NCBI GenBank assembly: GCA_031409335.1 | Contig: JANNWY010000170.1 | Span: 96,001 to 160,000, forward strand | Direction: 5' to 3' | DNA: 64,000 nt | From: Chthoniobacteraceae bacterium | Lineage (GTDB): Bacteria; Verrucomicrobiota; Verrucomicrobiia; Chthoniobacterales; Chthoniobacteraceae | Part shown: positions 17,819-27,900 of the stretch, one piece after another | How positions within the stretch are numbered: the first letter of the stretch is position 1 | Layout: each line of letters opens with the position of its first letter | Position numbers and translations under genes: made by a program | The notes under the pieces: model-generated | The model's database searches: none | What the model saw: only the letters and a program-made list of their open reading frames with translations | Told to the model about the DNA's origin: nothing

Positions 17819-18814
17819 ATGACGCCCGTCCTCACCATCAATCTGCTGCGTGCGCTTTTCGTCGTTTTCACAGCGCTGACCGGCACGATGCTCGGCGAGT
17901 CCTTCCTGCGCAACGTGTGGGCGGGTGGTGCCATCGGCAGCGCGTTCGGCCTCGCCGTCGTGCTTGGCGACCGGCTCATGCACGGCATCTCGCTGCGCGT
18001 CTTTTCCTCCGCCACCGTCGGCCTCTGCGTCGGCATCGTCTTCGCCCGTCTGCTGCTCGCCTCGAAAATCCTCGCCCGCGCTTCCGATGACACCCAATGG
18101 CTCATTGGCCTCATCGCCTACGCCACCTTTGGCTACTTCGGCATGATGCTCGCCATCCGCAGCAATCGCGACGAATTCGCGCTCCTCATCCCCTACATCC
18201 GCTTCCGGCGCTCAAACGTGCAGGATTCGCCCGTCGTCGTCGATTCCAGCATCATCATCGAAGGGCGCCTCGCCGACGTTTGCGCCACGGGATTTCTCAG
18301 CAGCTCGCTCATCATCCCGCGTTTCGTCTTGGATGAATTGCAGCGCCTCGCCGACTCTGGCGACCCGCTCAAACGCGAGCGCGGTCGCAGCGCACTCGAC
18401 CGCCTCCAGCAAATGCAGCGCGACCCGGCCATCTCCATCACCATCCACGAAGCCCCGCCCGAACCCGACACGCCCGTCGATACCCAGCTCGCCGCGCTCG
18501 CCAAATTCCTCGACGCCCGCCTGCTCACCAACGACGCCAATCTCAGTTCCATCGCACGGCTCCAAGGCATCTCCGTCCTGAATCTCTACGACCTCGCCCG
18601 CGCCCTGCGCCCCGTCGTCGAGCCCGGCCGTCAGCTCGATCTTCCCTTGGTAAAAGAAGGCCGCGACTCGCACCAAGCCGTCGGCTACCTCGGCGACGGC
18701 ACCATGATCGTCGTCAATCACGCCCGCCCGCATCTCGGAAAAACGATGCCCGTCGTGATCGCGAGTTCCCTGCAAACGGCGGCGGGCCGGCTCTATTTCG
18801 CTGAACTCAAATAA
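17819..18814 (+). CDS. Membrane-anchored PIN/TRAM domain protein (YacL-like)
   Basis: Four N-terminal TM helices; VDSSIIIEGR, PRFVL.ELQ.LADS.D.LKR.RGR, LLTND.NL, KEG....QAVGYL.DGTMIVV. Confidence 0.9.
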   Translation: MTPVLTINLLRALFVVFTALTGTMLGESFLRNVWAGGAIGSAFGLAVVLGDRLMHGISLRVFSSATVGLCVGIVFARLLLASKILARASDDTQWLIGLIAYATFGYFGMMLAIRSNRDEFALLIPYIRFRRSNVQDSPVVVDSSIIIEGRLADVCATGFLSSSLIIPRFVLDELQRLADSGDPLKRERGRSALDRLQQMQRDPAISITIHEAPPEPDTPVDTQLAALAKFLDARLLTNDANLSSIARLQGISVLNLYDLARALRPVVEPGRQLDLPLVKEGRDSHQAVGYLGDGTMIVVNHARPHLGKTMPVVIASSLQTAAGRLYFAELK

Positions 18815-18918
18815 CGCTCGCCGCTAGCGCCGGTCGCGATTGAAACGGCTGTCGGTGACGGCTTGACGGCACCGCGCCCGATGATACTCCTTGGCGGGTC
18901 TAAAGAAGGAGTTCCCGC

Positions 18919-21900
18919 ATGAGCCGCCCCAGAGTTTTTTCTTCCCCTCAAATCGTCCATCGCCAACGGCGCAGCCTTACTGCCGCTTTTGCCGCCGCGC
19001 TGCTGGCGGGACAGATGGCGGTGGCGCAGGAGGAAGTTTGGATTAGGGAAAGCAGTGGCTCGTGGAGCGATCCTGTTAGTTGGCTCGATGGCAGCGCTCC
19101 GCTTCCGGGCGGCGGTGCGGCTTTGACGCTGCGCTTTGCTCCGCCGGGTTCTCTTACAGACTCGGTGGCGACGAATAATCTCGCAGGCGCTTTCTCGCTG
19201 AACCGGCTGGTGTTCGAGAGGAATGCCGCGAACGCTTTTTCGCTGGCGGGCGCGGCGGGGGCAAGTCTGCGCTTCACCGGCGTCGATCCGCGGATCGAGC
19301 TGCGCGGGACTGGCGACAACTTCATCACCCTGCCTGTTTCGTTGAATCCGGCGAGCGGCAGCGCGGCGATCGTCGGCTCCGGGCCGGGGACGCTGACGAT
19401 CTCCAGCACGATTGCGACCGGGGCGGGTGTGCCGCTCGTCATCGACACGGGCGCGTCGTCGCCGAATGCGGGGATCGTTCGGCTTTCGAGCGCGCAGACC
19501 TTCACCAGCGGCGTGGTTTTGAAATCGGGCAATCTCCTGCTGAGTTCGGATACTGCGCTGGGCACGGGCGCTCTCACGGTGCAGGGCGGCGCGCTGAGCC
19601 TCCAAGGATTCAGCCTTTCGCTGTCGAATCATATCGCGCTGGAGAGCGACCTGTTGCTCCGCCCTTCACCCGAAGCCGGTTCGGCGACGCTGCGCGGCTT
19701 GATTTCCAGCACGATGCCGGGTGCGGGAGTGGTGCTGCGAACTGCGGGTGGGACGATCACTTTCACCGCGGCCTCGACCTACAACGGCGCCACGACGCTC
19801 GACTACAGTCGCGCGCCGCAGTCCGCCGCGAGCGATGGGGGCACGCTGAGTCTTTCCGGCAGCGGCTCCGCGCTGCAAACGTCGGCGTTCGATATCCGCG
19901 CGGGTTCGACGCTGCTCCTGACCGGCGCCACGGCCGCCAATCGCGTGGGCGATTCCACCCCGATCCACCTGCGCGGCGGTGGGGTGGCCGTGGTTTCGTC
20001 CAACGGCGCGGGTGTCACGCATACCGAAACCGTCGGGCCACTGGATGGCGCGGGGTTCTCGCCCGTCACGCTCACCGCGGGCACTTCGGTGAACACGCGG
20101 CTGACCGCGCAATCGCTCGCGCGCACCGAGCGCGGCACTTTTCTCTTCCGTGGCACCGCGTTGGGAAATGCCTTCGGAAACGGCGTGAGCAATCTGCTTT
20201 TCACCACTGCGCCCAGCCTCACCGGCGGCGGCGGCGCCGGCCCGGCGATCAGCATTCTGCCCTACGCGATCGGCGATACGAGCGCCGTTGGCTCCGGCGC
20301 CGGCTTTGTCACTTACACCCCGGCGACGGGCATTCGTCCGCTGAATAGCTCGACCGAATACCGCACTACCCTCGCCAGCGCGGCCGCGGGTGAAAATGTG
20401 CGCGTGACCGTCGCCCAAACGCTGACCGCGGCGCAAACGATCAATGCCTTGCTCATTGACAACGGAAGCATCGGCGGCTCCGGGACGCTGACAGTCGCGA
20501 GCGGCGCCATCTTGCACCGAAGCGGCTTCGGCATCGCCGCACCCCTCAATTTCGGCGGCGTTGAGGCGAATATCTTCGCCGTCGGCAGCTTTGCGATCAA
20601 CGGTGCGATTGCAGGTTCAAATGGTCTGACGAAATCCGGCGCGGGCACGCTCACGCTCGGGGCGGCGAACAGCTTCACTGGCCCCCTCACCATCAATGCT
20701 GGCACGATCGCCTTCAGCGCGGCGAATCGCCTCGGTGCGGATGTCTCGGCGATCGTCGTGAACGGCCACGGCGCGGGCTTGAGCTACACCGGCACGAGCG
20801 CGCTGGATTTTTCCCGGCCCATCGAGACGCGAACCGGGCTGGCGAGGCTGAACGCCAGCGGCACGGGTGACCTTACGATCACCACGCCGATCACCGGCGC
20901 GGGCGGATTGCAAATTTCGACGACCGCAGGTCGCACCATCACGCTCCCGGCCGGGAGCACCTACACGGGCACGACGCATCTCGGCACAAGCCGGGTGGTA
21001 ATTCCCGGCGATTCCGCGCTGGGCAATGGCAGCGCGCTGAATCTGGCTGGAGCGACGCTGGCGCTCGCGGGACCGTGGACGACGGCGCGCGAGATTCACG
21101 TCGGCTCGGGCGTGCTTGATACCGCAGGGTTCGATGCGACCTGGTCCGGCACTTTCACCGGCACGGGCGCTTTCGAGAAACGCGGCGCGGGCACGCTCCG
21201 GCTCACCACGGCCTCAAACTATCGCTCTCCCATTTCCCTCACCGGCGGAATGCTGGCGCTGTCCGATAGCGGCGCGTTGAGCGCGAGCTTCACAATTTCC
21301 GGGGGCGCGGAATTGCAGCTCGATCAAAGCGGTATGGTCGTGCCGGATCGTCTCGGTGATCGCTCCGGCATCACGCTCTCTGGTGGAAAACTGTCGCTGA
21401 TCGGGAATGCGACGATGGCCATCAGTGAACGCATTGGGAATCTCACGCTCGGATCGGTGCAGGATCACACGGTTTCGCTGACCTCGCCGGGCGCGGCGAG
21501 CACGGTGCTGCGGCTCGCGGCGGGTATCACGTTCAACGGCGGCAATCTGATATTGCGCGCCGCACAACTTGGCGGCGAGGCCGGCGGAGTCCATCAGCGC
21601 GTGCAGGTGGACAGTCCGGTGACGCTCGGTGGGGGCGTGATTCCCGGCGTATATGCGCACACGGCACCGTTTGGCCTGGGCGCTTCATTCGTGGTGTACG
21701 ACGCTTCCACGGATGCCGCCGGTCCGATCGGTTTGCGGCCGCTGCGCGCGGGCGAATACGAGGACGGTCCCCTGCTGCAAAATCCCGCGAATGGCGGGCC
21801 GACGCCGATGAACGCCAATTTCCTCGCCAACACCGCGACGGTCGCGGCAGGGGAGAGCAACACCGTCGGAACGCTCACGCTCGGGCCGGGCGGGAGCGTG

Positions 21901-24900
21901 GCGCTCGCGAACGGGCAGACTTTGGCGATCAGCAGCGGGCGGGTGCTTGGCCGAGCGGGCGGTTCGAGCTTCACTGGCGGCACGCTGCAGTTTGGCGCGC
22001 GGCCCGCGGAATTTCATGCCGTGGGCGAAATGACGGTGAGCAGCACCGTGACGGGCAGCGCAGGCTTGCGAAAGAACGGACCGGGCACGCTGGTTTTCGC
22101 GGGTTCCATCGGTTACACCGGAGGTACGCAGGTCACCGATGGAGTGCTCCGGCCAGGCGGCGGCGATCCGTTTGCGGATGAGACGGTGACGATCAATGCG
22201 CCCGGCGTCCTGGACATTGGCGCGGGTGCGTTTTCCGTCGCGCGTCTCGAGGGTTTGGGCACGGTGGCGCTGGGCGGGGGAACGCTGACGCTGGGCGTGC
22301 CGGGCACGGATTTCGTTTCATCCAACGCTTTCAGCGGCACGGGCCGGATCGCTTTTGCCGATAGCGCAAACCCCAAACTGCGGCGCACGTTTTTCGGCGC
22401 GAGCACGTTCTCCGGTGAAGTCGTCCTGGATGGAGGCGAACTGATCGTGAGCGGCATCGGTGCGCTCGGACCTTCGACCTGGATCGTCAACGGCGGAGCG
22501 GTAAGCGGGTGGGCCACGATTTCGCCCCGGCTGGTGCTTCATGCCGATCTCCCGATTGTGGGGTCGTTGCTGACGCTGGGCCCGGGTTCTTCGGCAACCG
22601 GAGCGCACGATGTGCTGCTGCGCGCGCAAGGTACGCTGGACGTGACCGGACCTCTCACGCTGGAGGGAAGGCTCGGCACGCAGTTTGCACCGGGTGATTT
22701 CTTTTCGCCCACGGTTGGGTCCATCGTGGTGGGTGGAGCGGCGGGCAGCGTGACGACCGCCGCCGGGCTGCGGATGGAAGCTGGTGGAGGGTTGGTGCTG
22801 AACAATACGGACGCTCCCAGCCCGGCAGGAGGCCGGCTCGGCGATACCACGCCCGTTCACCTCGGCGGCGGGCGGCTTACCCTCACGTCGAATGCAGCGG
22901 CCAATGTGACGGAGACCTTTGGTGCGCTGAGCAGCGCGGGATTTTCCTCCGTGGAACTCCAGCCGACGAGCACTTCAGGCGCGGTGCTGCAGGCGGCGTC
23001 GCTTCTGCGCGTGGAGCGCGGGACTTTTTCCTTCCAAAGTCTTGGCGCTCTCGGGGCAGCACCGGGGCCGAATGTCGGCCAGTTTTTCGCCACCGCCGCG
23101 CCCGCGCTGACGGGCGGCGGCGGGACGTTGACGAACACCAGCATCATCCCTTCGGCCGTCGGGCTCGGAACCTCCGGCTGGGGCCTCGTCACCTATGGGG
23201 TGCAGGGCGTGCGCCCGCTCACGAGCGCGGAGTATGTGACGTCGATCGCGGCGACGGCAGCGACGAGCAACGTGCAACTCACCACATCGACCGGCAATGC
23301 GGTCAACCGGACGATCAACGCGCTCGTGCTTGGCGGCGTCACTCTCTCCGGACCAGGCCGGGTGACGATCACGAGCGGCACCGTCGTCGCGGCGCAAAAT
23401 TCGGTGATCTCCGCGCCGCTCGGATTTGGAACCGCCGAGGCGCAATTTTTCCTGATGGCACCGGGCGACACGGAGGTGAGCGGCGCGATCAGTGGCTCGG
23501 GCGGACTGACGCGCTCGGGGCCCGGCGCGCTCACGCTCTCGAGCACGAACACCTTTACCGGGCCGATCACGATCAACGACGGCGTGCTCAATTTCAGCAC
23601 CTCCGCGCACCTCGGCGCGGGCCTTGACCCGATCACCCTTCACGGCAGCGGAGCGAGCCTCACCTTCACCGGCGCAGCTTCCGTCACGGTCGCGCGCCCT
23701 GTCCGTCTTGGCGGCGGAGTGAGCCAGTTCGCGGCGTTCCAAAGCACCGGCCTTTTGCAAATGACGGGCGCGATCAGCGGGCCGGGCGGACTGCGCCTCA
23801 CCGGGTCGGGTGCCATCCGGCTCAGCGGGGCGAACAGTTACACCGGGCCGACGTTTCTCGGCGCCACGACGATGATCACGTCCGATGCGGTCTTCGGGGA
23901 AAGTTCCACGATTGCCTTCGTCGCATCGCTGAATCCGATCCTTCGGCTGGCCGGAAACTGGACGACCTCCCGCCGTTTTGCCGTCCCGACTTCCGCGACG
24001 ATCGACACGAACGGATTCGACGCCGTTTTCGACGCGCCACCCATCGTCGCAGCGAGCGCGACGCTCACCAAGCTCGGCGCGGGAGCGATGCGGCTGCGCA
24101 CGCCGCAGCAATTCGACGGCAGTCTCACGGTCGCGGGAGGCGAGCTGCGCCTCGAACAAAATGGCGTGCTGGGGCAAGTGAGTGGCACCGTCGCGCCGGG
24201 CGGCGTGCTGCACTTGGATAACAGTGGGACAGCGCACAACGACCGCCTTCCGGATACGGGATTTCTCTATCTGAATGGGGGAGAAATCCGGCTGACCGGA
24301 AATTCGACGACGGCGGTGAACGAGCGGATCGGGTATCTGAGCGTGAGCGCAAATACCACCGGGACCATCACTCTCAACCCAGGCGGCGCCGTCGGCACCA
24401 CGCTCACCCTGTCCACGCTCACCCTGTCCACGCTGGACCAAAACACGGGTAAGATCCGTTTCCGCGGCGACAATCTCGGCGGCCCGGCAGGAAGCGCTTT
24501 TACCCGCATCGTATTCGCCACCGCGCCCTACTTTCCCGGCGGTCTCATCCCGGACGCGCTCGCGAGCGCGTCCTCGAACGGGGCGGGCGCGACGTTTGCC
24601 ATTTACGATTACGCCAGCGATGCCGCGGGAGTCGTCGGCATCCGTCCACTCCTGGAGGCGGATTACGTGACCGGCCCCGAGATTCGCAATCCGGCCAATG
24701 GCGGGACGACATCCGTAAATGCAAGATTCCGGGTGACCGGCCCGACCACCGCAGGCGGCGTCGGCAACGATCTGAATCTGCTGCGCCTGAGCGGCCCGTC
24801 AGCAATCACGCTCAATCCCGGCCAGGCTCTGTCGGTGGCTAGCGCGACGGTCATCGCCGACGCGGGGGCCGCCGCGTCGATCAGCGGCGGCACGCTGATC

Positions 24901-27900
24901 CTTCCCGCGTCTCCGGCGCAACTGCTCACGAATGGAAATCTTTCCATCAGCAGCCGCGTGGACGCCCCGGCGTTGACGAAAACCGGCGTGGGCACGTTGA
25001 CGATCGGACATGCGGCGGCTTGGCCAGGTATCTTCAATCTCAATCAAGGCAAGGTGGTCGTCGCCGGTGGCGGCGCGCTGCGGTTCACCGCGCTGAAGAT
25101 GGCGGGCGGAACGACGTTGGATTTTTCCCAGCTCCCGGCGACGGTGGGGAGCATCACGGGCACCGGCCCGATCACGCTGGCGGCGGGAGGAAACCTCACT
25201 GTGCAGTCGCTGGCCACCACTTCCACGGTCAGCGGGCCGGGCGGACTCACGATTGCGTCCCACGCCTTTCTCACGACGCCAGTGACTTTCAGCGGAGCAC
25301 TGGTTATCACTGCGGAAAATAAGCATCCAAACTTTACTCCGGAAGTGATTCTCTCCGGCAGCGGAACAGTGCTGAATGCCGCCTCGGTTCGGATCGACGC
25401 GGGCACGGTCTTGAATCTGAATAATTCAGGTATTTCCATCTCGCGACTCGGCGTCGTGCCAGTGGAGTTGAACGGTGGGGGACTCATCATGACGGGCGGA
25501 TCGAACGTCGTTGCGCAATCCCTGGGCACGCTCACCACGCGCGGATTTTCCACGCTGACATTGTACCCGGTCGGGGCTCAGACGACGTTTAACTTCAACG
25601 GAATATCGCGCGCTGACCGCGGCACGCTGCACGTCAGCTCCAACGCCTCGTTCCTCGGCACCGGCCTCATGAATTTTCCGCCCTCAGCTTCCTTCGGCCT
25701 CGTCGGAGCGGGAACCACCACGCGCAATCTGCGCATCGTCCCGTTTGCCACCGGCCTCGGTAACAGTTTTTATGGCATCGTCCCGGTCACCTTCGAATCC
25801 GGTAATGGGATTCGACCGCTGGAACCCAACGAACTTTCCATCGACCTGATCACTGGCGACAACGTGCAAATCCGGGACGGCGCGCTGACCAACCACGCGA
25901 CGGCCACAGTGAACTCGCTCACGGCACAGACCGATCTCCTCGGCACGGGAACGGTCACGGTCACGAGCGGATTGGTGATCGGGAGCGGCGCGACGCGGAT
26001 TGAGAACGGGCTGAGTTTTGGTGCGGCGGAAGCGATCTTGAGCAGCCATCAGAGCAGCGGCAGCCTCACGCTGTCCGGCCCGCTGAACGGCTCGGGCGGA
26101 CTGACGAAATCCGGCACGGGAACCATCGTGCTCCCCGCCATGAACAACATCGCGGGCACCCTCACGATCAACGCGGGGGCGCTTTCCTTTTCCAATCCTG
26201 CGCAAATCGGGCCGGGCACCGAACCGGTCGTGATGCACAGTGGCGGCTTGCAGTGGTCGGGCGCGGGCGACCTCGTCTTCCCGCGCGCGATCCGGCTGCT
26301 CGCCGGTGGCTTCGGCAGCATCGGCTCGACCGACCCCGCCGCCACGCTGCACCTCGCGCAACCCATCACGGGAACGGGCGGCTTGAACCTCACCGGGCGC
26401 GTCGTTTTCGACACCGCGCGGGCCTACACCGGGCCGACGCAGATTTCGGGAACGCTGCTGCTCGGTTCCGATGCGCTGCTCGGCGCGAGTTCGCAGGTGC
26501 GTTTCAACGGCGGAACGCTCGCCCTCACTGGACCGTGGAATACCGGTCGCGAGGTCTCGGTGCTGCCGCCTGGCTTTTTCACGAGCACCATTGATACGGC
26601 GGGATTCGATGCCATCGTCTCGGGATCGTTTTTTGGCGGCGGATTCCTCACCAAAATCGGGGCGGGAAATCTGACGCTGGGCGATGCCGCCGGTTTCTCC
26701 GGCCAACTCATTATCAATAGTGGAAAGGTGATCTTGGGCAACTCCGGCTACTCATCCTCGAATCGCATCCACGACAGCGCGGTGATCCGCCTGGCTGGCG
26801 GAGCGCTGGAAATACCGGGCGATCCGGTCACGACCCGCGAAATTTTCGCCGATCTCACGCTCGCGGGTGGAACGGTCAGCCGCCTGCGCCTGACTGTGCC
26901 GGGTGCCGCCAGTCAGTTTTTGGAGGCAGGCGTGCTCCGACGGGAAACGAATGCTTTTGCCATCGTGGAAGCCGATCGTTTGGGTGAGTCGGAAGGCGTA
27001 TTCACACGCTTCGTCGTCACTCCGTCCGGTCCCACCCCCGGCATTTTGATCCCAAGTATCATCATTGCCGATACCACCGGACGACCGACGGGTATCGCCA
27101 TTTACGATGGCACGATCGACGAAGCCGGGCCGGTCGGCCTGCGGGCAGCGCGGCCCGGCGAATACGCGAGTGGTGCGATCATTCAGAATCCGGAAAATGG
27201 CGGCAGCACCCCGGCGACCGCGCATTTTCGTGCAAGCGGTGCCGTGCACGCCGGCCCCTTTCCTGCGACAGTCCAGACTCTCACGCTCGAGCCTGCCACG
27301 GCGCTGAGTCTCCCGCCCGTGGGTAGATTGTCAGTCGGCCCTGCGCTCATCACGCTCGCCGGAAACGCGCCCTCGGTGATTTCGGGCGGGACTCTCGCGT
27401 TCAGTAGCACCAGCCTGATTGTCGCGGGGCACGATCTCACGATTTACAGCCGGATCGGTGACTCCCCTTTTCAATCCGGGACGTTGCACAAATTTGGGCC
27501 AGCTATTTTGAATCTGCACGGCACGGTCACCAATCAATCCGTTTCCGTCGGCGAGGGCGCTATCCGTCTCGCGGGCGGCGACCCGCTCGCGGGCGCCTCG
27601 GTTTCCATCACGGCAGGCGCGACTTTGGATACCGCGTCGCGCGCCGTGACGGTCGGCTCGCTCGCGGGAAACGGGATCATCGACCTCGGGATAAACGGCC
27701 TGCTTTCGACGAAATTCACGAGCACTTTCTCCGGCTCCACGCGAGGGAACGGATCGCTGCGCATCGGCCAGCACGGGTTCTTGGCCAGCCTCACTCCCGC
27801 CGGATCGCTGCGTCACGCCGGCCCGATCGTCGTCGATAGCGGGTCGCTCGTTTTGCAAGGCACCGGTCGCCTCGATGGGGCGACTTCGGTGCGGATGGCG

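Noticed and set aside
17648..18097. 150-aa N-terminal extension of the SPFH ORF
   Set aside because: It overlaps the divergent PIN/TRAM gene; the family-like N-terminus begins at MGLMDF (17647), with an AAGGA RBS upstream.
24398..24434. 15-bp tandem duplication (TLTLS repeat) in the giant ORF
   Set aside because: Real but in-frame and tiny; it looks like simple slippage and gives no phase-variation frameshift.
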